Source of the DNA: Carpediemonas membranifera BICM
Taxonomy: Eukaryota; Protista; Fornicata
Assembly (NCBI GenBank): GCA_019828565.1
Contig: JAHDYR010000062.1
Coordinates: 171,566 to 235,565, forward strand
Reading direction: 5' to 3'
Length of the DNA: 64,000 nucleotides
Shown here: positions 34,933 through 50,100 of the stretch, one piece after another
How positions within the stretch are numbered: the first letter of the stretch is position 1
Layout: every line of letters starts with the position of its first letter
Notes under the pieces: model-generated
What the model was told of the DNA's origin: nothing
The model's input: the letters and a program-made list of their open reading frames with translations, nothing else
The model's database searches: none
Position numbers and translations under genes: made by a program

Positions 34933-37900
34933 GACCCCCAAATGGCGAGTCGGACGCGACGGGCAGCGCGCTCCTGGAATCAGCAGAGCGATACTCACTC
35001 CACGTATTCCGGTAGCGCGCGGTCCGGCGCCCTCCGCCCGCCTCGATGCTCGGCCGACCCAACTCGACCCTCGTCTGGATGCGACAGAGCAGGCGATTCC
35101 GGCCGAGCTCTGGATCTGAATAGTAGACATACATGGTGCGTTTACTGACAGTGCGCTGCGTGCGTGCAGCGTGAGTGTGGGGTGTTCATTCAGAGTCGAG
35201 ATGTGACTCGACCCCCAAATGGCGAGAGTCGGACGCGAACGGGCAGCGCGCTCCTGGAATCAGCAGAGCGATACTCACTCCACGTATTCCGGTAGCGCGC
35301 GGTCCGGCGCCCTCCGCCCGCCTCGATGCTCGGCCGACCCAACTCGACCCTCGTCTGGATGCGACAGAGCAGGCGACTCCAGCCGAGCTCTGGAGATGAA
35401 TAGTAGATGCATATGGTGCGTTTACTGACAGTGCGCTGCGTGCGTGCAGCGTGAGTGTGGGTGTTTATTCAGAGTCGAGATGTGACTCGACTCCCCAAAA
35501 CGATGAGTCGGACGCGAACGGGCAGCGCGCTCCTGGAATCAGCAGAGCGATACTCACTCCACGTATTCCGGTAGCGCGCGGTCCGGCGCCCTCCGCCCGC
35601 CTCGATGCTCGGCCGACCCAACTCGACCCTCGTCTGATGCGACAGAGCAGGCGATTCCGGCCGAGCTCTGGAGATGAATAGTAGATGCATATGGTGCGTT
35701 TACTGACAGTGCGCTGCGTGCGTGCAGCGTGAGTGTGGGGTGTTCATTCAGAGTCGAGATGTGACTCGACTCCCAAAACGATGAGTCGGACGCGAACGGG
35801 CAGCGCGCTCCTGGAATCAGCAGAGCGATACTCACTCCACGTAGTCCGGTAGCGCGCGGTCCGGCGCCCTCCGCCCGCCTCGATGCTCGGCCGACCCAAC
35901 TCGACCCTCGTCTGGATGCGACAGAGCAGGCGATTCCGGCCGAGCTCTGGATCTGAATAGTAGATGCATATGGTGCGTTTACTGACAGTGCGCTGCGTGC
36001 GTGCAGCGTGAGTGTGGGTGTTCATTCAGAGTCGAGATGTGACTCGACTCCCCAAAAACGATGAGTCGGACGCGAACGGGCAGCGCGCTCCTGGAATCAG
36101 CAGAGCGATACTCACTCCACGTAGTCCGGTAGCGCGCGGTCCGGCGCCCTCCGCCCGCCTCGATGCTCGGCCGACCCAACTCGACCCTCGTCTGGATGCG
36201 ACAGAGCAGGCGATTCCGGCCGAGCTCTGGATCTGAATAGTAGATGCATATGGTGCGTTTACTGACAGTGCGCTGCGTGCGTGCAGCGTGAGTGTGGGTG
36301 TTCATTCAGAGTCGAGATGTGACTCGACCCCCAAAATGGCGAGTCGGACGCGAACGGGCAGCGCGCTCCTGGAATCAGCAGAGCGATACTCACTCCACGT
36401 ATTCCGGTAGCGCGCGGTCCGGCGCCCTCCGCCCGCTCTCGATGCTCGGCCGACCCAACTCGACCCTCGTCTGGATGCGACAGAGCAGGCGACTCCGGCC
36501 GAGCTCTGGATCTGAATAGTAGATGCATACATGGTGCGTTTACTGACAGTGCGCTGCGTGCGTGCAGCGTGAGTGTGGGGTGTTCATTCAGAGTCGAGAT
36601 GTGACTTGACCCCCAAATGGCGAGTCGGACGCGAACGGGCAGCGCGCTCCTGGAATCAGCAGAGCGATACTCACTCCACGTATTCCGGTAGCGCGCGGTC
36701 CGGCGCCCTCCGCCCGCCTCGATGCTCGGCCGACCCAACTCGACCCTCGTCTGGATGCGACAGAGCAGGCGACTCCAGCCGAGCTCTGGAGATGAATAGT
36801 AGATGCATATGGTGCGTTTACTGACAGTGCGCTGCGTGCGTGCAGCGTGAGTGTGGGTGTTTCATTCAGAGTCGAGATGTGACTCGACTCCCAAAAACGA
36901 TGAGTCGGACGCGAACGGGCAGCGCGCTCCTGGAATCAGCAGAGCGATACTCACTCCACGTAGTCCGGTAGCGCGCGGTCCGGCGCCCTCCGCCCGCCTC
37001 GATGCTCGGCCGACCCAACTCGACCCTCGTCTGGATGCGACAGAGCAGGCGATTCCGGCCGAGCTCTGGATCTGAATAGTAGATGCATATGGTGCGTTTA
37101 CTGACAGTGCGCTGCGTGCGTGCAGCGTGAGTGTGGGTGTTCATTCAGAGTCGAGATGTGACTCGACTCCCAAAACGATGAGTCGGACGCGAATGGCAGC
37201 GCGCTCCTGGAATCAGCAGAGCGATACTCACTCCACGTATTCCGGTAGCGCGCGGTCCGGCGCCCTCCGCCCGCCTCGATGCTCGGCCGACCCAACTCGA
37301 CCCTCGTCTGGATGCGACAGAGCAGGCGACTCCAGCCGAGCTCTGGAGATGAATAGTAGATGCATATGGTGCGTTTATTGACAGTGCGCTGCGTGCGTGC
37401 AGCGTGAGTGTGGGTGTTCATTCAGAGTCGAGATGTGACTCGACTCCCCAAAACGATGAGTCGGACGCGAACGGGCAGCGCGCTCCTGGAATCAGCAGAG
37501 CGATACTCACTCCACGTAGTCCGGTAGCGCGCGGTCTGGCGCTCCTCCGCCCGCCTCGATGCTCGGCCGACCCAACTCGACCCTCGTCTGGATGCGACAG
37601 AGCAGGCGATTCCGGCCGAGCTCTGGATCTGAATAGTAGATGCATATGGTGCGTTTACTGACAGTGCGCTGCGTGCGTGCAGCGTGAGTGTGGGTGTTCA
37701 TTCAGAGTCGAGATGTGACTCGACTCCCAAATGGCGAGTCGGACGCGACCGGCAGCGCGCTCCTGGAATCAGCAGAGCGATACTCACTCCACGTATTCCG
37801 GTAGCGCGCGGTCCGGCGCCCTCCGCCCGCCTCGATGCTCGGCCGACCCAACTCGACCCTCGTCTGGATGCGACAGAGCAGGCGATTCCGGCCGAGCTCT

Positions 37901-40900
37901 GGATCTGAATAGTAGATGCATATGGTGCGTTTATTGACAGTGCGCTGCGTGCGTGCAGCGTGAGTGTGGGGTGTTCATTCAGAGTCGAGATGTGACTCGA
38001 CCCCCAAATGGCGAGTCGGACGCGAACGGGCAGCGCGCTCCTGGAATCAGCAGAGCGATACTCACTCCACGTAGTCCGGTAGCGCGCGGTCCGGCGCCCT
38101 CCGCCCGCCTCGATGCTCGGCCGACCCAACTCGACCCTCGTCTGGATGCGACAGAGCAGGCGACTCCGGCCGAGCTCTGGAGATGAATAGTAGATGCATA
38201 TGGTGCGTTTACTGACAGTGCGCTGCGTGCGTGCAGCGGAGTGTGGGTGTTATTCAGAGTCGAGATGTGACTCGACTCCCCAAAAACGATGAGTCGGACG
38301 CGAACGGGCAGCGCGCTCCTGGAATCAGCAGAGCGATACTCACTCCACGTAGTCCGGTAGTGCGCGGTCTGGCGCTCTCCGCCCGCCTCGATGCTCGGCC
38401 GACCCAACTCGACCCTCGTCTGGATGCGACAGAGCAGGCGACTCCGGCCGAGCTCTGGATCTGAATAGTAGATGCATATGGTGCGTTTATTGACAGTGCG
38501 CTGCGTGCGTGCAGCGTGAGTGTGGGTGTTTATTCAGAGTCGAGATGTGACTCGACTCCCAAAAACGATGAGTCGGACGCGAACGGGCAGCGCGCTCCTG
38601 GAATCAGCAGAGCGATACTCACTCCACGTAGTCCGGTAGCGCGCGGTCCGGCGCCCTCCGCCCGCCTCGATGCTCGGCCGACCCAACTCGACCCTCGTCT
38701 GGATGCGACAGAGCAGGCGATTCCGGCCGAGCTCTGGATCTGAATAGTAGATGCATATGGTGCGTTTACTGACAGTGCGCTGCGTGCGTGCAGCGTGAGT
38801 GTGGGGTGTTCATTCAGAGTCGAGATGTGACTCGACTCCCCAAACGGCGAGTCGGACGCGAACGGGCAGCGCGCTCCTGGAATCAGCAGAGCGATACTCA
38901 CTCCACGTATTCCGGTAGCGCGCGGTCCGGCGCCCTCCGCCCGCCTCGATGCTCGGCCGACCCAACTCGACCCTCGTCTGGATGCGACAGAGCAGGCGAC
39001 TCCGGCCGAGCTCTGGATCTGAATAGTAGATGCATACATGGTGCGTTTATTGACAGTGCGCTGCGTGCGTGCAGCGTGAGTGTGGGTAGCTCATTCAGAG
39101 TCGAGATGTGACTCGACTCCCAAAACGATGAGTCGGACGCGAACGGGCAGCGCGCTCCTGGAATCAGCAGAGCGATACTCACCCACGTATTCCGGTAGCG
39201 CGCGGTCCGGCGCTCCTCCGCCCGTCTTCGATGCTCGGCCGACCCAACTCGACCCTCGTCTGGATGCGACAGAGCAGGCGACTCCAGCCGAGCTCTGGAG
39301 CGAATAGTAGATGCATATGGTGCGTTTATTGACAGTGCGCTGCGTGCGTGCAGCGTGAGTGTGGGTGTTCATTCAGAGTCGAGATGTGACTCGACTCCCA
39401 AAAACGATGAGTCGGACGCGAACGGGCAGCGCGCTCCTGGAATCAGCAGAGCGATACTCACTCCACGTAGTCCGGTAGCGCGCGGTCCGGCGCCCTCCGC
39501 CCGCCTCGATGCTCGGCCGACCCAACTCGACCCTCGTCTGGATGCGACAGAGCAGGCGATTCCGGCCGAGCTCTGGATCTGAATAGTAGATGCATATGGT
39601 GCGTTTACTGACAGTGCGCTGCGTGCGTGCAGCGTGAGTGTGGGGTGTCTATTCAGAGTCGAGATGTGACTCGACCCCCAAATGGCGAGTCGGACGCGAA
39701 CGGGCAGCGCGCTCCTGGAATCAGCAGAGCGATACTCACCCACGTATTCCGGTAGCGCGCGGTCCGGCGCCCTCCGCCCGCCTCGATGCTCGGCCGACCC
39801 AACTCGACCCTCGTCTGATGCGACAGAGCAGGCGACTCCGGCCGAGCTCTGGATCTGAATAGTAGACATACATGGTGCGTTTACTGACAGTGCGCTGCGT
39901 GCGTGCAGCGTGAGTGTGGGTGTTTATTCAGAGTCGAGATGTGACTCGACCCCCAAATGGCGAGTCGGACGCGAACGGGCAGCGCGCTCCTGGAATCAGC
40001 AGAGCGATACTCACTCCACGTATTCCGGTAGCGCGCGGTCTGGCGCCTCCGCCTGCCTCGATGCTCGGCCGACCCAACTCGACCCTCGTCTGGATGCGAC
40101 AGAGCAGGCGACTCCAGCCGAGCTCTGGAGATGAATAGTAGATGCATATGGTGCGTTTATTGACAGTGCGCTGCGTGCGTGCAGCGTGAGTGTGGGTGTT
40201 CATTCAGAGTCGAGATGTGACTCGACTCCCAAAACGATGAGTCGGACGCGAACGGGCAGCGCGCTCCTGGAATCAGCAGAGCGATACTCACTCCACGTAG
40301 TCCGGTAGCGCGCGGTCCGGCGCCCTCCGCCCGCCTCGATGCTCGGCCGACCCAACTCGACCCTCGTCTGATGCGACAGAGCAGGCGATTCCGGCCGAGC
40401 TCTGGATCTGAATAGTAGATGCATATGGTGCGTTTACTGACAGTGCGCTGCGTGCGTGCAGCGTGAGTGTGGGGTGTTCATTCAGAGTCGAGATGTGACT
40501 CGACCCCCAAATGGCGAGTCGGACGCGAACGGGCAGCGCGCTCCTGGAATCAGCAGAGCGATACTCACTCCACGTATTCCGGTAGCGCGCGGTCCGGCGC
40601 CCTCCGCCCGCCTCGATGCTCGGCCGACCCAACTCGACCCTCGTCTGATGCGACAGAGCAGGCGACTCCGGCCGAGCTCTGGATCTGAATAGTAGACATA
40701 CATGGTGCGTTTATTGACAGTGCGCTGCGTGCGTGCAGCGTGAGTGTGGGGTGTTCATTCAGAGTCGAGATGTGACTCGACCCCCAATGGCGAGTCGGAC
40801 GCGAACGGGCAGCGCGCTCCTGGAATCAGCAGAGCGATACCACCCACGTATTCGGTAGCGCGCGGTCCGGCGCCCTCCGCCCGCCTCGATGCTCGGCCGA

Positions 40901-42454
40901 CCCAACTCGACCCTCGTCTGGATGCGACAGAGCAGGCGATTCCGGCCGAGCTCTGGATCTGAATAGTAGACATACATGGTGCGTTTACTGACAGTGCGCT
41001 GCGTGCGTGCAGCGTGAGTGTGGGGTGTTCATTCAGAGTCGAGATGTGACTCAACCCCCAAATGGCGAGTCGGACGCGACGGCAGCGCGCTCCTGGAATC
41101 AGCAGAGCGATACTCACTCCACGTATTCCGGTAGCGCGCGGTCCGGCGCCCTCCGCCCGCCTCGATGCTCGGCCGACCCAACTCGACCCTCGTCTGATGC
41201 GACAGAGCAGGCGATTCCGGCCGAGCTCTGGATCTGAATAGTAGACATACATGGTGCGTTTATTGACAGTGCGCTGCGTGCGTGCAGCGTGAGTGTGGGG
41301 TGTTCATTCAGAGTCGAGATGTGACTCGACCCCCAAAATGGCGAGTCGGACGCGAACGGGCAGCGCGCTCCTGGAATCAGCAGAGCGATACTCACTCCAC
41401 GTATTCCGGTATGCGCGGTCTGGCGCCTCCGCCCGCCTCGATGCTCGGCCGACCCAACTCGACCCTCGTCTGGATGCGACAGAGCAGGCGACTCCGGCCG
41501 AGCTCTGGATCTGAATAGTAGACATACATGGTGCGTTTATTGACAGTGCGCTGCGTGCGTGCAGCGTGAGTGTGGGGTGTTCATTCAGAGTCGAGATGTG
41601 ACTCGACCCCCTAAATGGCGAGTCGGACGCGAACGGGCAGCGCGCTCCTGGAATCAGCAGAGCGATACTCACCCACGTATTCCGGTAGCGCGCGGTCTGG
41701 CGCTCCTCCGCCCGCCTCGATGCTCGGCCGACCCAACTCGACCCTCGTCTGGATGCGACAGAGCAGGCGATTCCGGCCGAGCTCTGGATCTGAATAGTAG
41801 ACATACATGGTGCGTTTATCGACAGTGCGCTGCGTGCGTGCAGCGTGAGTGTGGGGTGTTCATTCAGAGTCGAGATGTGACTCAACCCCCAAATGGCGAG
41901 TCGGACGCGAACGGGCAGCGCGCTCCTGGAATCAGCAGAGCGATACTCACTCCACGTATTCCGGTAGCGCGCGGTCCGGCGCCCTCCGCCTCGCCTCGAT
42001 GCTCGGCCGACCCAACTCGACCCTCGTCTGATGCGACAGAGCAGGCGATTCCGGCCGAGCTCTGGATCTGAATAGTAGACATACATGGTGCGTTTATTGA
42101 CAGTGCGCTGCGTGCGTGCAGCGTGAGTGTGGGGTGTTCATTCAGAGTCGAGATGTGACTCAACCCCCAAAATGGCGAGTCGGACGCGGACGGGCAGCGC
42201 GCTCCTGGAATCAGCAGAGCGATACTCACCCACGTATTCCGGTAGCGCGCGGTCCGGCGCCCTCCGCCCGCCTCGATGCTCGGCCGACCCAACTCGACCC
42301 CTCGTCTGATGCGACAGAGCAGGCGACTCCGGCCGAGCTCTGGATCTGAATAGTAGACATACATGGTGCGTTTATTGACAGTGCGCTGCGTGCGTGCAGC
42401 GTGAGTGTGGGGTGTTCATTCAGAGTCGAGATGTGACTCGACCCCCAAAACGGC
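34933..42454. repeat. Tandem array 3: 27 units
   Basis: Unit starts at 34933 ... 42162; partial unit 42440-42454. Confidence 0.99.
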
Positions 42455-43366
42455 AAAAGAAAGAAATTTATGGTGCTTGGATTCTGACCCCGGACTGAGC
42501 TTGTTTCCCGTTGTCTTGGAGCTGAGTGCCCCGGGTACTGCCTATTTCCCGTGGCAAACTGGTCAGCAGCGTTTGCCTTGGGCTTTCGGTGCTACTGTCT
42601 CCGCGGAAAGCCGATTCCAATCGCCCCAGAGGCCCTGCGGCCATCTCCGTGCAAATATGCTTTCCTGTCTCCCCTGAAAGTCCGGCAACTATCCGGGGAG
42701 CCTGGGGGTCTGTCCTCGGGCATTGACAGGCAGGATCGTCCTGCAGAACCTTGACTATGACACTCCTTGCTTCCCCTGCAGTCCTTGTAGAGCTGTTCAG
42801 CCACGGCACCCTCTCGTCTGTCCGGTTCCCCAATTCCATGCCCCCTCGACTCTGTTAAGAAGCCTACCCGAAGGCGGGGAAAGTGACTAAGTCCATGCTG
42901 CTCCACCCCGGTTAGGTGGCGTGGGTCAGGGCATGGTGGTGTACCCCCAGGCACTAGGCCTGGCTGTCCTGTTACCCCTTACAACATTTCGCTTGCACTA
43001 CATGTCCTTGGTTTCCCCATGTCGTTAACAGGGCGGCAGGGGCACCTGTGCCCCTCCGACCCCTCGTGGCCAGTCCCTGCAGTTTCCTTTGGGGTCCCAA
43101 CGAGGGTGCAACCATATGAATATGGATTTCCTTGACCTTATCCCTTGCTCTGTCCTTGTTGCATGTCCTTTCTTTCTTATTTCTGGTCTGTCCTTCCTGT
43201 TATTTCCTTGCAGTCGTTCCTTCCCTTGCTTTGGTTCCTGGCTACCGGGATACGTGGGGCCTTTCCTCACTGATCCCAGGAGCTTAGCACCCAGCGAGGG
43301 GTGGTCCATGGCTGATTCCTTTGTCCATCCCTTCCCGGTCCTGGAGTCAGGGTTCATGACATGCTT

Positions 43367-46300
43367 CTATTCCACCTTGAAGCTGTTGTAAACCTTTGCC
43401 AGTTCCCGTAGTCCCGCCGTGAGGCCTTCCCAAATGTCCTCCGAGCCCCATATTATTAGTTGCTGTAATTCTAGGATGGGTCTTTTCCTGGTACCATTCG
43501 CCCTGGGGCCCTGGCCTTACTTCCAAGTCCTTAGTTTTGTGCTTCGCTGCTGTCCACAGCTTTGTCCAAGCTTCTCCCCTGTCTACTGCCGGGCATTCAC
43601 AGATTATGTGCGCTGCCGATCCTAGCCTCTGGCCCTCTGCCCACTCCCTGATCATTTCCTGCTTCCTTGCTGGTCCTGGCTTTTCCCTAATGATCCTGTA
43701 GAACAGGCTCACCTCCGACTCCTCCGAGCATAGGGGCATAGTCTGCTAATTTCTCTCTTCAGGTCAGCGCCTTGGGCCAGCTCTGTGATGGTTCTCATAG
43801 GGCCCCTCCCCTCTCTCTGCCGACGATGGGGATGGGCTGACATTGGCTGCAATGGATACAATTCTCTTCCATTCCGCCCTGCTTTTGCCCCTTCCCAGCC
43901 TTTCGGTCTACCGTAGGCTTACCTTGCAGACACTTGCTTAATTTCCCTGTCCCCATGATTTCCATTAGTCCTAGTGCCGTACGGCTTTTTGCACCGCTTC
44001 ATCCACCCCCCTCCCGATCGTTTCCATGCCATAATCCAGTAGCGCTGGTTTAGGGGCTCCCTCTCTGGTGCCCTCCAGTAGATGCTGCACTCTCTCCCTA
44101 GCTTCCCACATAACCGTGCCCCGCCCCCATTCTCTGTTTCCTGACTGGCATATCCCGGTCCCTGTAGTTGACTATCCTTTTTGACTGCCAGCCATTCCAT
44201 GTGTGCCTGGAGGTCCACCCATCCATTCATCAGCCTCATGGCTGCGCCCCTCCCGGTCCTGTTCCTGCCATGATTCCCTGCCAGTCATTCCAGATCCTTC
44301 TACCTCCCGGTGCGTTCCCCCACACCTCGACTCCGAAGAGGATCCTGGGCCATATATATATTTCCCAGTAGTAGCCTGCTCGCTAGTGCTGGCATGTTTG
44401 CCCTGGTCCACCCTGCCCATCTCACCAGTCTCTTGTACCTTTCGCTCTGCTCCTGTTTCCGCCTTATGCAGGCCGACATAGGGTCCTTCCCACTTGCGAT
44501 CCATAATCCCAGGTATCTCGCCTCCTTCTCTGGCAGTAGTGTTACCCCCTCGATCCTGACTAGGGCTGTTCTGTCCACGCTAATCATTACATTCTTCTGG
44601 GCGTTCACCCTACATTTCATGCTCTCTGATTATGTCCACCATTATGTTGGCGACCATCTGGCTATGCTCCGGTTTGCTCCCTGTGACCGCAGTGTCATCC
44701 ACAAACATGGTAAGTGCTGCCGGTAGTCGGTCGCTGAGGTGGCTCGTGGTCCTTGGCGGTTCTCTGATGTCGTACCGTTCTCCCTTTGATTTTCTTTCTG
44801 GGCTGGTGGGGCCAGTTAGCCATGAACAGCACAAACAGTGTCGGTGCCAGGACGCACCCTTGCTTAACTCCCCTGTTGGTTCTTTTCCCATGCCTTTGCC
44901 CCCTTTGACTGATATCCAGGTTTCCTTTTTATTGTGCCTTGAATTGCCCCTGGATCAAGTGCTCCTCCACCCCCATACCCCGTAGCTTATCCATGAGAAT
45001 GTCCCTTGGTACCGTGTCATATGCCTTCTCGATGTCCAGAAAGATTGACGTGGTCTCACCCCCTCCCGGTGCCGCTGCACAATGTACTGTATCTGCTGGA
45101 TGACGTCCCTGTCTGACTGGAAACCAGCCTGTTCTCTTTGGTATGAACCTTTTCGTTGCTAAGCTTCCAGACGTATCTTTCGAGCAATCTACCATAGACC
45201 CTGTACAGCAGTGGTGTCAAGGATATTGGTCTATATGATTCCGGCTTGACCCTTGGCTTCCCTTTCTTGTGTATGGCCGACACTCGTGGCATACTTCCAT
45301 GCTTTTGGGTACGTCGCCCTCCCTGTAGACCCTGTTGATGAGCCTCGTCACTTCCCTACGGCCTTTCTCATCCAGCTCTCTCAGCATGTCTCCAGATGTG
45401 AGGTCAGGCCCCTGGTGCGGTGTCCCTCCTGATCCTTTTGATTGCGGCTTTGACCTCGCTTTCTCTTGAACTCATTTCCGTCCCTGCCTCTCCATGTCTT
45501 CCCAGGTGGGTTCCCTGCCTCTGCTGACTTCTAGCATACTGTTGCAAGAGGATCTCGCTGATGGCCGCCTTGTCCGTGGTTATCACCCGTCCCTTGAGGA
45601 GGCTCTCCGGCATTCCCTTGTATTGGTTGTCACACCACCACCTTCTCCTGATGGCAGTTTCCACTGAGGCCCTTGAGGCCCCATACCCCCTTTTTGCACT
45701 TCTCTGCTGATGTCGGCCACCCATTTGGCCTCCCTGCGCCTCTCCCCAGTATTTCTCCAGCCCTCTTTCATCCTTTCCCTTCCTGGTCCTGTTGCCTATT
45801 TCGTCCATGGGGTTCGCTGGAGTTCGCTCCCACACTCCGTTCCCGAACACTTTGTCCCTTGCCTTGCTCCCCTCTGTTGTTCACTGGGTCGCCCATGCAT
45901 GCTCTTATAGTCTCTTCCCATTGGTCCGAGCTCTTTGATCCTGTTCAGCTTTTGAGACTGTGACTGGCCCCTCCTTCTTTTTCATGGGCCAGGTGTGCAC
46001 CTCGGGTATGGCCAGAGCCACGTCTCGCCCACTTCGCCATAGTACCGTTGTTCCCTTCCATGCTAGTGTGATTCCATTGTGTGCTGAGCCCCATACCCCG
46101 ACCTTCTGAGACTCCCTACCACCTCAATCTCCGCCCCCTGGATTCCCTGGTGTTGTCACTGCAAAGTCCGGGGCTGATGTTCCTGATGTGAGCTGTCCCA
46201 GACTTGGGGCATGATGGCTTTGAGCCTGTGCTTCTCCCATCATATCCTTCCACCGGGTGGATCTTTCCATCTGGCCTGGGTCGATGTTCCAGTCTCCCAT

Positions 46301-46865
46301 AATTATGGCCTCCATGCTCCCTTCATGTCCATGATCTTCTGTATAGTGTCCCTGAATCCATCCTTCTCCTGCTTGTTGTGGGAGCTGGATGGAGGGGCCA
46401 GTTACACGTTGATGACTAGTATGTCCCCTGCCGGTTCTCATTATGCTGGCTTGCACTCTTCCCTGATAGGCTGTCCGTTATGCCGATGTCCCACTTTGCA
46501 GTTGCGTGGCTCACTATCGTGCTGATGCTCTTCCCTTTGTTCCTTCCATCTTTGGCGCAGGTTCGTCATTGCCTGCTGGTGCCTTAGTTGTCGGTTGATG
46601 CGGTGCTGACTTTTGACATCCGCCTTTCGTTTTTCGTTACTAAGACCAGGTCCCTCTTCCGTCTCCCTCCCTGCTAGTGCGTAGTCAAGGTCCACATGGA
46701 AGCAATGAACCCTCGTATTCGCTGTTCTCCATGTCTCTTGTATGAGTACTCGCCTCTATGTCCTTCTCAACCTTAGCCGAATCGCCGCTGCCATAGACGC
46801 CGTGAAGTCCTTTTCTCTTCCTATGTGTCCCTCTGTGTTCAGACTGGCATCTTGTAGGTTACCAT
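43367..46865 (-). CDS. ORF2 copy D (many apparent frameshifts)
   Basis: YRPISL, FLDIEKAYD, MFVDD, RYLG, GDWN and HIICECP in ORF fragments. Confidence 0.85.
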
Positions 46866-47191
46866 TGCCTTTGTCCTGTTTCCTCTTATCCCGCGAATTC
46901 CCAGAATTTGGGAGCCCCAGCTTCCTGCCTCCCTCTCCTGCTATCCTTGTCCCAACAAGGGCCTAGATGCCGGTCTCAGACCCCTTGTCAGGCCAACCTT
47001 TGTTACTCACCTGGTGACCTTCCATTCTTTCGGGCAGGGTACTTAGGAGGGGGACGGATATGACGTGACCCCCTTTGGCTGCCGCTACAGCCTCACCGGC
47101 AGTGCATTTCAGCTAATGCCGGGCCCTGGGTGGGAGCCAGGGCTTGTGAATTATAAAGAAAATGTTGCTTGTTCCTTGAAAGAATACTGCT

Positions 47192-50100
47192 TTACCATGT
47201 CCTTACTCCTCCTCCGTGGACTCCCCACTGCCGCTGCAGCTGTCCTCGGCCTGACTCCACTTGCTGTCCTTTTGTAGACTTGCATTACCGTGATGAACTG
47301 GGTCATCAGGTCCATGGGTGAGATCTGCTTGGCCTTCTTAGCCTTCTTGTGCTTGTGCTGGGGATCGGGGCTTCTCCTTGCTGGGCTTAGTCGCGACGCC
47401 GGAGAGCACCAACCTTCCGTGGCCTTGCTCTTTGCATGAGTCGCAGCCTTGAGCGCTGGAGATCTCTTGTTGCGCCTCTGCCAACTGCTGGAGCCGCAGC
47501 TTCTCCGAGTCCATGCCGGTTGCCTGTCTGTTTCCAGACTCCCGCAGTCCATGTCCTCTTCGTGCCTGCTTCTTTCCGCTGTCCTCGAGTCCATGATCCC
47601 ATTTCCGTGCTGCCCTCCCTTGCGCTTGAGCGTCGTGGAGGAAGAGTGATCCTTGCTGCTGTCCATGCCTCCCTCTGAGCCTCTACCGGCCCTAGGTGTT
47701 CCCGCTGAACGAGCCTCCCCATCTGCGTTCCTGTGTTGTCCTGTCTCTCCCTGTCGTCTCCTCCCGTGGTTACGATCCGAGGTCCTGTTCATGCTTACCA
47801 GCCTCTGCACGCCGGTCTCTGTCGTCAGCTCTGACACCAGCTCCTACCGCCGGCTCCGTGTCCCCACCCTTCTGTCCTCTTTCCCTGTCTCCATGCTGGT
47901 CGTGATGTCCTTGATCCGCGTCCCGGGCCGAAGCGCCTGCCCACCATCCTGGTGCTAATCCGCCTCGCCTTTTCCTCCAGGCCGCTGTCGAAGAACCTAC
48001 TTTGGTATGGCTGTTCGGACTCTTCCGTCGATGGTGGGGACATACGTGATGCCTGGGACATTGACTGTGTTGGCTCTGGGCTCGTCCGGGATAGTTGCTG
48101 AGACTAGTCTGGCCCCCTTCCCTTGCGCATGCGGCTTAGGATGGTCCCAGCCTCGCTGACTCCTGACTCATGCCCCAGTCTCTCGGGATGAAGCTTCGCC
48201 CCTAGGGTGATCCTACCCCTGTTCCTGGGGCCTTGACGTTGACTATGACCTTCTCTATAGTCCCTGAGGCTTCTGCTAGGTCGTCGCAGCCCCAGACTCC
48301 TTTGATGAGCCGTAGCCTCCTTCGAGGGCCACCACTGTATAGCATGGCCATGGTTATGATGTTCCTCCTCCCTTGCTGCCCCCTAGGCCCTTCCTGACGC
48401 GTACCATGCGGGAGCTGGTTAGCCGTGGCTCTTTCCATGATGGTCCATAGCGTTTCTCTCCAGTACACCTTCGCTGTCCATGATTGCGAGGGGGCCAGTA
48501 AGATGCCCTTCATGCCCAACAGAACCTCCCCGAACCCGAAGCCGATGCCGAAGTGGTGTCTCGCTGTCCGGGACTACGAGGATCCTGTCGCCGACTTCCT
48601 GCTGGACGTCCCTTGCGTCCCCGGATCGGGTACGTGCCGAAGATCTCAAAGGTGTCTCCTCCTTGTCGCGAATTCCGGCCTCCCATGATATCCATGCCTC
48701 GGCTCCGCCTTCTCCTGACTGCTTCCATGGTCTTGTCGAGTGCCTTACCCATGTAGTGGTAGACGTCTGGGGTGCTCATCCTCTCCTTGCATAGGGCCCC
48801 TGATCCTGGCTGTGAAGACTACTGTATCCGCCAACCCACAGTGGTAGCAACCCGCGGTGTGTCTGTGGTACGGACAGACTCCCTTGGGCTCGCCCCGTTC
48901 CGCCATCCATTTGACCATGTTGTTACTGCTTCCAGGTAGTTGGCCTTGTCGAGGCTGTCCCTGAGGTTTTGGGCCAGCCTCCTCCTTGCCGTTGTTCTCC
49001 AGGATCTCTGGTAGCTTCTTCTCGTCCACCAGCCTAGCTTGGAAGAATTCCCTGGTTCCCTTGCTCCAGTCCATTTGTGGGGTTCGTGAGGAGGAAGCTT
49101 TCCATCTCCACCCCTTTGCATACATGATTATCTTCCAACCCTCCGACCTTTCGATCCTTGCCAGCTGAGCCGCCAGGCGGCTGGCCCAGTCCCTGAAAGC
49201 ATGTATGTGCTTCTCATACTCGATCGGCGGCCGCCCCTGTCCCGACTCCTCCACGAAGGTGGCCGGCGGCAGCCCCTGTCACTGCCCATGCCGTGTACCT
49301 CGCTTGGTCCATGCTTACGCCGGTATGTCCTGGTAATACAGGCCATGCCCGTGTCCAAGAATGTCCCCAGTGCTGAGGTCAAAGAGTACGATCCCGCCCT
49401 CAACCGGGATGGCAGGGATCCCTGCCTCTTGACGCCAGGGTCTGCGCACTCGAAGTCGATGGTCTGGATCACCAGTCGTTTCTCCTTGTCCTTTCAGGCA
49501 TCCTCGGCGGCTGGCTGCTGACCTTGTTTGAGTCGACCTCCCTCGTCCTGGTCGATCTTTGCCTTGGTTGGCCCCGACCATGTCCTTGTTCACTTCCCAG
49601 GAGGCTGGCCGTCGAGGCTTCTTCTGCCGGGCATGGTGGCTCGCTGGCGTCGTTCCTCCTTGTCCTGACATGTTGCTCCTCGTCTCCGTCGATGACCGTG
49701 CTAGCGGACGACCTGTCCAGATCGGCATGTTCGTCCCTATTGCTGCGGACCGAGGTGGCTCTTGAGCACTTCCAGCCTCACCTTCCGGAACGGCGGCTCG
49801 TTGCTAAGGGCCCCTCCCTCGCCCAGGATATTGGTTCTGCCCTTCAGGTAGATCCCCTGACTTGTTCCATGCTGCCTGCCATATGGCCGGGGCCTCCGGT
49901 GCCTGAAGCCTGAGGATGTCCCTAGCCTCCTCCATGAAGCGGCTGATGGACCATGCTGACGTGTCGCTTAGCTCTAGGATGACCCTGTACTTGCTGTCCT
50001 TCTTGCTCTCGTAGGCCACTCTTGCGACCGGGCCTTGGTTTGCCGGATCCCATACCTTGTCGTGGCAAGCACGCCTTCTACGGCCTCGTCTCCATGAGCC